Source: Pyrobaculum calidifontis JCM 11548
Lineage (GTDB): Archaea; Thermoproteota; Thermoprotei; Thermoproteales; Thermoproteaceae
Length of the DNA: 32,000 nt
Direction of reading: 5' to 3'
Assembly (NCBI RefSeq): GCF_000015805.1
Contig: NC_009073.1
Span: 1 to 32,000, forward strand
The first letter of the stretch is position 1. Each line of letters begins with the position of its first letter. Below the pieces are notes generated by a model, which made no database searches, was not told the origin of the DNA, and worked only from the letters and a program-made list of their open reading frames with translations. Positions 7,057-14,871 of this stretch are shown in pieces. The position numbers were made by a program, and so were the translations under genes.

Positions 7057-8004
7057 ATGGAACTTAATAAGCCAGTGGCTACAGCAGAGGAGATACGTGG
7101 AAGAATTGTAAAACATGGCGCATCGATACGCGACACAGTGGTTGAAACTTTGCCGCACACCTACTCCATGATGGTGGAACAAATAAGGTCTATAGCAAGC
7201 ACATATAAAAACGACTTAGACACATTTATTGCAAATATTTCAAACATAAAGAATCTTGACTTATTGATCATCTATATAATATCATTATCAATTTTAAACA
7301 AATACAAAAATTTGACTGCGGCTGAGCTTTCCACGTTTTCAAACGCCTATGAAAGATATGTATACGACGTGTTTTCCGCATCCAAGCTTCGAAGAGCGTT
7401 AGAAGAAGTTGTAGACAGAGAAGTCGCAAATGAGGTGGTATCAGGCACCATAAGGGCCATTAATATAATATTGAATAAATATAAATCACTTAATTTATGG
7501 ATAATTAAACAGAAAAAAATTTTAAACTTTGAAAAAGATATTAGAAAAATTATTTTTAGAGATGAAGGGGGGAACAGAGTGGGGAGAGGTGTAAAACTGT
7601 TCTTAAGAACTTTCATACATGAGACAAATATACCCCTAGCAATACGTATAGCATATACCCAGGAGCATCGTAAATATCTACTCCATGGAGATATTTACAC
7701 AACACTTGTCACAATAAGATCAGGCGCCTTTGAAGATGTCAAGAGTATAACGGCGGAGAGAGTGAAAGCCAGAATAGCAAAGAGAATCCTCTGCCAAGAA
7801 CGGGGAGGAAAATGCAACGACGTAGTCCTCAGACTGGGAAGCATAAGAGGCCTCGTGAGATATGTGGGAAAGGTAAGTGGAGACCCGGTGTTATTTGAGA
7901 GGGGCGCCTATGACATAGGAATTAAGTACTGTAAAGAATTGAAGTGTGACATATGCCCAATTAGAGATGTGTGTAAGCGATATACCTTCGTCAGAGTTAA
8001 ATAG
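7057..8004 (+). CDS. hypothetical protein with C-terminal C-x4-C-x2-C-x5-C motif (possible HhH-GPD/Endo III-like DNA glycosylase relative)
   Basis: 315-aa ORF. Cys292/297/300/306 (nt 7930-7974) resemble the Endo III/MutY [4Fe-4S] cluster loop. RVGRGVKLFL and HGDIYTTLVTIRSG loosely resemble the HhH and catalytic-Asp segments. The central part (about 7190-7620) has much lower GC than its surroundings. An in-frame GTG at 7075 fits the TATA box at 7049-7056 better than ATG 7057. Confidence 0.7.
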   Translation: MELNKPVATAEEIRGRIVKHGASIRDTVVETLPHTYSMMVEQIRSIASTYKNDLDTFIANISNIKNLDLLIIYIISLSILNKYKNLTAAELSTFSNAYERYVYDVFSASKLRRALEEVVDREVANEVVSGTIRAINIILNKYKSLNLWIIKQKKILNFEKDIRKIIFRDEGGNRVGRGVKLFLRTFIHETNIPLAIRIAYTQEHRKYLLHGDIYTTLVTIRSGAFEDVKSITAERVKARIAKRILCQERGGKCNDVVLRLGSIRGLVRYVGKVSGDPVLFERGAYDIGIKYCKELKCDICPIRDVCKRYTFVRVK

Positions 8005-8022
8005 TCCCACCTCAATCTCCAT

Positions 8023-8805
8023 ATGTTACTAAAAGGAAAGGTAAGCATAGTCACAGCGGCAAGTAGGGGAATTGGCGCAGGCGTTGCGTCCGTGTTAGCA
8101 CGCGAGGGATCCGACTTAGTAATAGCCTCCAGAGACAAGGCAAGGCTTGAAGACCTTGCAAAAAGACTCTCGTCTCAATACGGCGTCACCGTAGTCCCAG
8201 TGAAAGCCGACTTGACTGTAAGAGAGGAGGTGAGGCGCATCTCGGTGGAGGCCCTCCGCAACTTTGGCAAAATAGACGTGTTGGTGTACAACACAGGCCC
8301 CCCCAAGCCGGGGACGTTCTTAGAGCTAAGCGAAGAGGATTGGGAATACGGGGTGAGACTCCTCCTAATGAGCGCCATCTGGCTTACCAGAGACGTAGTG
8401 CCGCACATGATACAGAGGGGTGGAGGAAGGCTCATATATATAACCTCCAGCACTCTAAAACACCCGATACCCACGCTTACACTCTCCAACGTAATCCGCA
8501 TCTCTTTAGCAGGTCTGGTCAAAACCTTGGCATATCAACTGGGGCAATACAATATATTAGTCAACGGTATTATGCAAGGATACATAGACACGGAGCGCGT
8601 AAGAGAAGTGGCGTCCACCAGAGCCCAGCGTGAGGGGAGGTCTGTGGAAGATGTGCTGAGGGAAATAGCAGCGGAAATTCCGCTGGGCCGCCTAGGCAAG
8701 CCGGAGGAGATAGGCGAATTAGTGGCGTTTCTAGCCTCTGATAAAGCGAGCTATATAAGTGGGTCGCTCATACTAATTGACGGCGGGCGGACTCTGTGTA
8801 TTTAA
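8023..8805 (+). CDS. short-chain dehydrogenase/reductase (SDR family, 3-oxoacyl-ACP reductase-like)
   Basis: 260 aa. Glycine-rich [10 protein letters not shown] cofactor motif, NTGPP, SDR length and C-terminal [13 protein letters not shown]. Confidence 0.9.
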   Translation: MLLKGKVSIVTAASRGIGAGVASVLAREGSDLVIASRDKARLEDLAKRLSSQYGVTVVPVKADLTVREEVRRISVEALRNFGKIDVLVYNTGPPKPGTFLELSEEDWEYGVRLLLMSAIWLTRDVVPHMIQRGGGRLIYITSSTLKHPIPTLTLSNVIRISLAGLVKTLAYQLGQYNILVNGIMQGYIDTERVREVASTRAQREGRSVEDVLREIAAEIPLGRLGKPEEIGELVAFLASDKASYISGSLILIDGGRTLCI

Positions 8806-10094
8806 GCCAGCAGATTAAGCGATGCAAATACCTCTTCTATCACTTCTCTGCTCGCCTTAAAGCCGTATTTCACCTCCACGAACCCCCTCCTGAAATCTAC
8901 TACGTCGCGTCTAACCGAGGCTGGGTCCTCGCCGCGTAAAACTCTCGCAATAAACTTGGCTATTTCCCTCATCTCGTCTTTCCCCATGCCAAACCTAGTC
9001 ATCTCCTGGACCCCAATCCTAATGCCGCTTGGCTTTACCACGCTTCTGTCCCAGGGGAGGGCATTTTTGTTCACTATGATATTAGCCTCCTCCAACAGCG
9101 CTGCAACTTTGTCGCCTCCGCCGTACTTTGACACGTCAACTGCCACCTGGTGCGTCTTCGTGAAGCCGAGTCTCTCGGCCACGGGCGTGACGCCCTCCTC
9201 GGCCAAGGCCTCAGCCAAGGCTTTGGCGTTTTCCACAACTCTGCTCGCATATTCGTGTCCAAACAGCTTCATCTCGACGAGAGTTATATATGTGGCCACG
9301 TAGCGGTGAAGATGGTAATTCGATGTAAATGTTGGAAATACAGCCTTCTGAATTTGGCCGTTTGCATCATCACCTAGATTGGTCGCTATGAGACCTCCCT
9401 GAGGCCCTGGGAAAGTCTTATGAGTAGACGACGTAATTACGTCGGCCCCCTCTCTGAGGGGATTTGGGAAGACGCCCCCCACTATTAGCCCCAGGACGTG
9501 GGCTGAGTCGTGTAGCACGTAGGCCCCAATACCTTTGGCTATTTCGGCAACCTCTTTGATGGGGTGTGGAAATAAGTAGAGAGAGCCGCCAAGTATTACG
9601 AGATTTGGCCGCTTATCCTCAAGAACTTTACGCGCGGCGTCTACATCGACGTTGAAGTTCTCCAAGTCCCAGGGCAATTCCACAGTCTTTATCCTCAACG
9701 CCTTTAGCCCGCCCACGTTGCTATGGCTAATGTGGCCGCCGCATCTAATGGGAAGCGACGCCACAGATCCCCCTTCTGGCACTAGGGCAAAGTACGTAGC
9801 CAGGTTGGCCACTGTGCCAGAAATTGGCCTCACATCCACAAATTTTGCGCCAAGGACCTCGGCGAATTCCTTCACCAACGCCTCCTCAACCACGTCAACA
9901 TACTTCGTCCCTTGGTAGTACCTACTGCCAATTGTCCCCTCGGCGTATCTGCCGCCGAAGTCATTTATGTAAAAAATCTCTGCAAGAGGCGACATCACGT
10001 TCTCTGACGCGATGAGGTTTATAGTCTCCCACCTCCTCCACCTATTGTGGCGCAAGACGACGTCTAAAACCTCTTTAATCTCCCTTGGGATCAT
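8802..10094 (-). CDS. glyA: serine hydroxymethyltransferase
   Basis: 430 aa. LIASEN, PLP-lysine motif [14 protein letters not shown], archaeal SHMT layout. Confidence 0.95.
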   Translation of the reverse strand: MIPREIKEVLDVVLRHNRWRRWETINLIASENVMSPLAEIFYINDFGGRYAEGTIGSRYYQGTKYVDVVEEALVKEFAEVLGAKFVDVRPISGTVANLATYFALVPEGGSVASLPIRCGGHISHSNVGGLKALRIKTVELPWDLENFNVDVDAARKVLEDKRPNLVILGGSLYLFPHPIKEVAEIAKGIGAYVLHDSAHVLGLIVGGVFPNPLREGADVITSSTHKTFPGPQGGLIATNLGDDANGQIQKAVFPTFTSNYHLHRYVATYITLVEMKLFGHEYASRVVENAKALAEALAEEGVTPVAERLGFTKTHQVAVDVSKYGGGDKVAALLEEANIIVNKNALPWDRSVVKPSGIRIGVQEMTRFGMGKDEMREIAKFIARVLRGEDPASVRRDVVDFRRGFVEVKYGFKASREVIEEVFASLNLLA

Positions 10095-10124
10095 TAAGAC
10101 GTAGATCTTACCAATATAAATCGG

Positions 10125-10862
10125 TTAGTCTAGAGATATCGACGTAATTCTAGTATGCGGATACTGCCCCGCTTCGTCTTTCTCATACTTCTTCAACATG
10201 TCCCATATAGTCAAAAGGGCAACCCCCGCCGAGAAGAGGGCCTCTGGAGCCGGCGACACGTCTCTAGCCTTCACCTCCACGCGCACCTCCACCGCGTCGA
10301 CTACCTCTATATCGATCTTATAGTGTTGAATTTTTGGACAAACGCCACCGACAATTTCGCAGAACCTCTTAGAACTTAGAGATGCCGCAGTCTGTGCCGC
10401 GTAAAGCGGGTGCCCCTTCTCGACAGGCCTTTTCACGAGCTCAAGGCTCTTCAACATAAGTCTCCCAAACGCCCTCGCCGACAGATCTCCACGGCGCTCA
10501 AATGGGGCCTCTTGCAACTCGCCTTGTATCTCCACGGGAGATCCCTTCACCTTTGCCTCAACTAACATGTTCCTCATCTCCACGGCCCCCGAAGCCACTG
10601 CCCCAACTAAGGCGCCGAAAAGCACGTCCATTTCAACACCGGTTTGCCACTCCGCGACGCCCTCCACGTACAGCCTACCCCCTCTACACGTTGCGCCGGC
10701 ACGGAGTGGCACTGGATGTAAGAACGGCAAATGGCGGTAGGCCTCCGCCGCGCCCTTAGCCGCAACTACCGTATTACACCTGCTGAGCCCGAGTTCCACT
10801 GAAGCCTTCGCATATCTATACACGTCGAGCTTCTTTGAAACGTCGACTATCATCCCCAACAC
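10125..10862 (-). CDS. moaC: MoaC-like protein, apparently two tandem MoaC-type halves
   Basis: 245 aa, versus about 150-160 aa for canonical MoaC. Half 1 has [23 protein letters not shown] and TGVEMDVL. Half 2 has a second KG...SSKRF...VCP segment and the C-terminal [13 protein letters not shown] block (compare ALTIYDMCKA). Confidence 0.8.
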   Translation of the reverse strand: MLGMIVDVSKKLDVYRYAKASVELGLSRCNTVVAAKGAAEAYRHLPFLHPVPLRAGATCRGGRLYVEGVAEWQTGVEMDVLFGALVGAVASGAVEMRNMLVEAKVKGSPVEIQGELQEAPFERRGDLSARAFGRLMLKSLELVKRPVEKGHPLYAAQTAASLSSKRFCEIVGGVCPKIQHYKIDIEVVDAVEVRVEVKARDVSPAPEALFSAGVALLTIWDMLKKYEKDEAGQYPHTRITSISLD

Positions 10863-11182
10863 TTCTCCACCTCTGCATACAACTTCTCTAACTCCGCCGG
10901 CGCCAGTTTCCTCCTCTCCGCACGTTGTATCAGTATCTTCCCCGCCAGCAACCTGGCGCTCTTTTCATCGAGCTCTTGCCTAAGCTTAGAGAGCAATTCG
11001 CTACACTCTTCAATGGGCTCATCTATATATTTCTCAAAGAGCTTCGCCTTCTTTATCTCCAGCTCAGCCCACGTCAAGTCCGCTTGAGGCAGAGGCCACC
11101 TATGCCCACATTTTTTACACACAAACTCACCGCTGGGCGCCAACATTATCTCCCTAGAGCCACATCTTGGACACGACACCAA
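10850..11182 (-). CDS. zinc-ribbon protein with helical C-terminal half (function unknown)
   Basis: 110 aa. CPRCGS-x15-CKKCGH four-Cys ribbon, then a charged helical region. Overlaps the moaC-like start by 13 nt. Confidence 0.6.
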   Translation of the reverse strand: MVSCPRCGSREIMLAPSGEFVCKKCGHRWPLPQADLTWAELEIKKAKLFEKYIDEPIEECSELLSKLRQELDEKSARLLAGKILIQRAERRKLAPAELEKLYAEVEKCWG

Positions 11183-11208
11183 AAATCACTATGTGGCAGT
11201 TAATAAAG

Positions 11209-12267
11209 CTAACAACGGAGGCCTCTCTGCTCAATCCACTCCCTCAGCCTAGGGCCATACACCCTGGGGACCTTGGCCAAGTCGGAGACCCGCCTAGCGC
11301 CCACCAAAAACATAGCAACCTTGAGCTCCGTCAAGACGGCGCTGATCTCCTCCCTAATTCTCCCATCTAAGACAGCTCTTAGCAGAGGCTGAGACATTGT
11401 AAAAAAGTTCGCCCCAAGAGCCAGAGCCCTTGCCCCATCAAGTCCGCTTCTAACTCCGCCAGAGGCTATCACATACCCCCCAAAGACAGACCTAACCTCA
11501 CATATAGAGGCCGCAGTGGGTATACCCCACGTCTTAAAAACCTCGGAAATACGCCTATACAGCTCTAGGCCAGCCCCCAGCGCCCTAGCCCCCTCAATAG
11601 ACACAAACGAGGTGCCGCCCAGCCCGCCCACGTCTATGGCATCTACAACTCCAGCGAGGCGCTCCGCCACTTCTTTAGATATTCCATTGCCCACCTCTTT
11701 CACAATAACGGGCTTCCCCACCGCCCTCTTGACAAGCTTGATTTTCTCCAACACGCCGCGGAACCGCGGCTCCCCCTCGGGCTGAACCACCTCCTGCGCG
11801 GCGTTTAGATGAATCGCTACAGCATAGGCGTCAATCATCTCCACAGCCTCCACAACCCACTCCACCACCTTCTCCTCAGGCAACGCAGAAAGCTGGGGAG
11901 CGCCCAAGTTGGCCACCTTGGGGATAGTGGGGGCGTGTTGTTTTACCACCTCAAAAGTCCACCTAACTGAGGGATTTTGCAACGCAACACGTTGAGAGCC
12001 GACATACATCGGGATGCCAAACTCCTCAGCTGCCTTGGCGAGCTCTGCGTTAATTTTACCGGCGAGCTCTGTGCCTCCAGTCATTGCACCGATGCCAAAA
12101 GGCGCGCTCACCTTAGCCCCCAGGAAATCCGCCGAGAGGTCTACATCCGCCAAGTCAAGCTCGGGCAGAGCGTTGTGGATGAGGAGAACCTCGTCAAACC
12201 AAGGCGAGCCTACTTGAGAAACGTCAGAATAAGCTAAGTGGATGTGGTCGTCCTTTCTCTTCTCCAT
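11209..12267 (-). CDS. fni: isopentenyl-diphosphate delta-isomerase, type 2 (FMN-dependent)
   Basis: 352 aa. N-terminal RKDDHI, TIM-barrel FMN-binding blocks ([25 protein letters not shown]). Its ATG overlaps the rpl2 stop as TAATG (12265-12269). Confidence 0.93.
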   Translation of the reverse strand: MEKRKDDHIHLAYSDVSQVGSPWFDEVLLIHNALPELDLADVDLSADFLGAKVSAPFGIGAMTGGTELAGKINAELAKAAEEFGIPMYVGSQRVALQNPSVRWTFEVVKQHAPTIPKVANLGAPQLSALPEEKVVEWVVEAVEMIDAYAVAIHLNAAQEVVQPEGEPRFRGVLEKIKLVKRAVGKPVIVKEVGNGISKEVAERLAGVVDAIDVGGLGGTSFVSIEGARALGAGLELYRRISEVFKTWGIPTAASICEVRSVFGGYVIASGGVRSGLDGARALALGANFFTMSQPLLRAVLDGRIREEISAVLTELKVAMFLVGARRVSDLAKVPRVYGPRLREWIEQRGLRC

Positions 12268-13001
12268 TACTGTTTCTGCTGAGCCCTAGCTCTTACACAG
12301 CCTCTGCCAGTACAACGCGAGCCAATAAACCCGACCTTCTGGCCAGGCGGCGCGGTCTTTGGAACCGGCGTGCCGCCCTTCTGGTGAGACCCACCGCCAT
12401 GCGGGTGGGCATAAGGCGACATCGCCTTGCCTCTCACAGTCGGATACTTCCAAGACTTAGCCCTAGCCCTGTGGTACTTCTTGCCAGCTTTTACAAACGG
12501 CTTCTCAACCCTCCCTCCGCCAGCCACAATGCCAATCGTAGCTCTACCCCTTGCGTCAACCTCAATCACTCTGCCACTGGGAAGACGGACAATTGTCTTA
12601 TTCTCCTCAGGCCTCTGACCAATTACCAGGGCATACGTACCTCCAGACCTGGCAAACTTCCCCCCGTCCCCAAACCGCTTCTCAACGTTAAACACCATGG
12701 TACCCTCCGGAATTTTACCAAGCGGCAACACGTTCCCCACGGCGGGCGGCGCGTCGGGGCCCACCTGTATTACCTGCCCTACGTAGAGGCCCTCAGCAGC
12801 GTAGTTGAAAAACTCGACCCCATTCTCCATTCTGATTTTCGCCACAGGCGCATTGAGGCCTGGCTCATGTAATATCTCTACGACAATGCCCCTCCCCGAG
12901 ATGTTAGGAGGGTAACGGACAGGGCCGTCCCGCTTCCAACTGGGCGACCTAAACTGCGAGCCGCCTCTTCCGCGCCGCTGTACCAAAATGCGCTTACCCA
13001 T
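12267..13001 (-). CDS. rpl2: 50S ribosomal protein uL2
   Basis: [20 protein letters not shown] start at the internal ATG 13001 (244 aa). Conserved HPHGGG block. TATA-like AAATTTATAAA (13024-13034) lies 23-33 nt upstream. The 67-codon upstream extension of the ORF is not protein-like. Confidence 0.93.
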   Translation of the reverse strand: MGKRILVQRRGRGGSQFRSPSWKRDGPVRYPPNISGRGIVVEILHEPGLNAPVAKIRMENGVEFFNYAAEGLYVGQVIQVGPDAPPAVGNVLPLGKIPEGTMVFNVEKRFGDGGKFARSGGTYALVIGQRPEENKTIVRLPSGRVIEVDARGRATIGIVAGGGRVEKPFVKAGKKYHRARAKSWKYPTVRGKAMSPYAHPHGGGSHQKGGTPVPKTAPPGQKVGFIGSRCTGRGCVRARAQQKQ

Positions 13002-13023
13002 ATACGCGCGGTAATGCACATCG

Positions 13024-13034
13024 TTTATAAATTT
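13024..13034 (-). promoter_or_regulatory. TATA box for leaderless rpl2
   Basis: AAATTTATAAA on the minus strand, 23-33 nt upstream of ATG 13001. Confidence 0.55.
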
Positions 13035-13240
13035 GATGCCCCAACCTAGGGATAGGCAAATCGACAAAGTAGACCCCAGCTTCACAATCGCCACGCCTGC
13101 CCGTGTACCTACACATCGCTTCGCAATCACCGCTAGGACCGCCCACATAGTCGCGGAGCGCGTATGGCTCTGCTGTAACCTTTGAAGCCAGCAGAGGCAC
13201 AAGGCGCGAAGAGTTATATGCAGAGGTGCCTCTAGGCGTA

Positions 13241-13289
13241 GTGATGAAATGCACCTAACCCGAGAGGTGGCGAGCTCACGGTACGCTGA
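13241..13289 (+). ncRNA. box C/D sRNA (2'-O-methylation guide)
   Basis: C = GTGATGA (13241-13247), 12-nt guide AATGCACCTAAC, D' = CCGA (13260-13263), 3-nt spacer, C' = GTGGCGA (13267-13273), 12-nt guide GCTCACGGTACG, D = CTGA (13286-13289). This is the canonical 49-nt archaeal architecture. TATA-like TTATAT (13214-13219) lies about 25 nt upstream. The D guide is complementary to the conserved LSU rRNA string GUACCGUGAG. Confidence 0.65.
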
Positions 13290-13297
13290 GGGTTAAA

Positions 13298-13306
13298 CTT
13301 TATATA
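13298..13306 (+). promoter_or_regulatory. TATA box for leaderless rps17e
   Basis: CTTTATATA, 22-30 nt upstream of ATG 13328. Confidence 0.55.
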
Positions 13307-13327
13307 CCGGGTCGTGGGTGGTGCGCC

Positions 13328-13543
13328 ATGGGTCGCGTGAAGCCGAAGTTTATAAAGTCGCTTGCGGAGAAGCTTTTAGAGGCGTACCCCGACAGGTTTA
13401 CCGAGAGCTTTAAAGAAAACAAGAAGGCGGTGGCCGAGCTCGCAGATATACCCAGCAAGACTGTGCGCAACAAAGTGGCTGGATACATTACTAGACTTGT
13501 GAAACGGCAGAAGGCAAAGGAAAAGGCTGAGCAAGCCGCGTAG
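13328..13543 (+). CDS. rps17e: 30S ribosomal protein eS17
   Basis: 71 aa. The [26 protein letters not shown]-terminus is typical of S17e. Confidence 0.92.
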
Positions 13544-13545
13544 CT

Positions 13546-14235
13546 ATGCCTCTGTCCAAGGGCGACTACATACTTCTGGACTACACGGTGGTGTCTAAAG
13601 ATGACAACAAAGTAGTTGAGACGACGGTGGAGGCCGTGGCCAAGGAGGCCGGCATCTACAGGCCCGAGAACGTGTACGGACCCCGCCTCATCGTCCTGGG
13701 CGAGACGCAACTTTGGGAGCCGGTGGAGAACGCCTTGCTGTCCATAGACGAGGGGCAAGACTTCGAGGTAGAGGTGCCGCCTGAGAAGGCCTATGGAGTA
13801 AGAGACCCGAACAAGGTCAAGGTTGTCTCTATTAGGGAATTCCACCGCCACGGCATTGTTCCACAGGTAGACGATGTTGTGGAGTACGAGGGGCAACGGG
13901 CGCGGGTGGTGTCGATCTCGGGAGGACGCGTGGTGTTAGACTTCAACCACCCGCTGGCCGGCAAGGCGTTTATTGTCAGAGGACGTGTAGTAAAGAAGCT
14001 AACTACAGTGGAAGAGAAGGCGTTGGCTCTGTTAAAGCTGTATTTGCCTAGGATTTCTGAGGAGAAGGTCAAGGTGGCTGTTGAAGGCGATGTAATAACA
14101 CTGCAACTGCCAGCCGAGGTATTGCTCTACGAGCGGATTGGTGGTATTCTTCTCCAGTACGTCTCAGAAGTTTCTACTCGTTTTCCAGAGGTGAGGCGTG
14201 TTAGGTTTATAGAGGAGGTTGAAGTAAGGAGTTAA
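13546..14235 (+). CDS. FKBP-type peptidyl-prolyl cis-trans isomerase (long archaeal type with insert-in-flap)
   Basis: 229 aa. DYTVV...VVETT, EKAYGVRDPNKV, LDFNHPLAGKA blocks. Starts 2 nt after the rps17e stop. Confidence 0.88.
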   Translation: MPLSKGDYILLDYTVVSKDDNKVVETTVEAVAKEAGIYRPENVYGPRLIVLGETQLWEPVENALLSIDEGQDFEVEVPPEKAYGVRDPNKVKVVSIREFHRHGIVPQVDDVVEYEGQRARVVSISGGRVVLDFNHPLAGKAFIVRGRVVKKLTTVEEKALALLKLYLPRISEEKVKVAVEGDVITLQLPAEVLLYERIGGILLQYVSEVSTRFPEVRRVRFIEEVEVRS

Positions 14236-14263
14236 TTTTTAAAGGTGGCTCAGCGGCGCTTAC

Positions 14264-14869
14264 ATGACCACCACTGTTGGCATAGTGGCTAAAGACGGCG
14301 TAGTTCTTGCCACCGACAAGCGGGTCACCGCCGGCTACTACATTGCACACAAGGCCGGCGAAAAGATCTGGAAAATCGACGACCACGTGGCGGCCACGAT
14401 GTCGGGGGGCGTGGCAGACCTGCAGTCCGTCTTATCCTTTCTCTCGCTACGCGCGCGGGAATACCGCGTTGAGCACAAGAGGCCTATACCAATACGCGCG
14501 TTGGTAAACTACGTCTCTCTACTCCTGTTCTACTCTCGCCCATATATCTACCTTGTACACTCAATAGTAGGCGGCGTAGACGCGGAAGAGGGCCCTGTCC
14601 TCTACATGGTGGATTGGCTTGGCACTGTGACCAAGGAGAAGTACATAGCGACTGGCAGTGGGTCTCCCTATGCCAAAGGCGCTTTGGAGGTGGCGTATAG
14701 AGAGGATCTTACAATCGACGAGGCTGTGGAGTTGGCCATCAGGGCAGTAAAGGCGGCCATTAGAAACGACCCAGGCTCTGGCGAGGGCATAGACGTAGTT
14801 ACCATAACCAAGAGCGACGGCTTTAGGCGGGTGTTTACAACACAGCAGAAAATCATAATTCCAGAGTAG
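14264..14869 (+). CDS. psmB: proteasome subunit beta
   Basis: 201 aa. The N-terminal TTTVGIVAKDGVVLATDKR contains the catalytic Thr context, and the rest follows the Ntn-hydrolase pattern. Confidence 0.93.
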   Translation: MTTTVGIVAKDGVVLATDKRVTAGYYIAHKAGEKIWKIDDHVAATMSGGVADLQSVLSFLSLRAREYRVEHKRPIPIRALVNYVSLLLFYSRPYIYLVHSIVGGVDAEEGPVLYMVDWLGTVTKEKYIATGSGSPYAKGALEVAYREDLTIDEAVELAIRAVKAAIRNDPGSGEGIDVVTITKSDGFRRVFTTQQKIIIPE

Positions 14870-14871
14870 CC

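Noticed and set aside
13002-13202. Upstream 67-codon extension of the rpl2 ORF (the ORF track gives 311 aa)
   Set aside because: The extension (MCLCWLQRLQQSH...) is not protein-like. The conserved uL2 N-terminus [14 protein letters not shown] begins at ATG 13001, and a TATA box lies 23-33 nt upstream of it, inside the extension.
13300-13896. 198-aa ORF antisense to rps17e and the FKBP gene
   Set aside because: The + strand encodes two clearly recognisable proteins with proper TATA spacing. The antisense frame has no motifs and starts inside the rps17e promoter.
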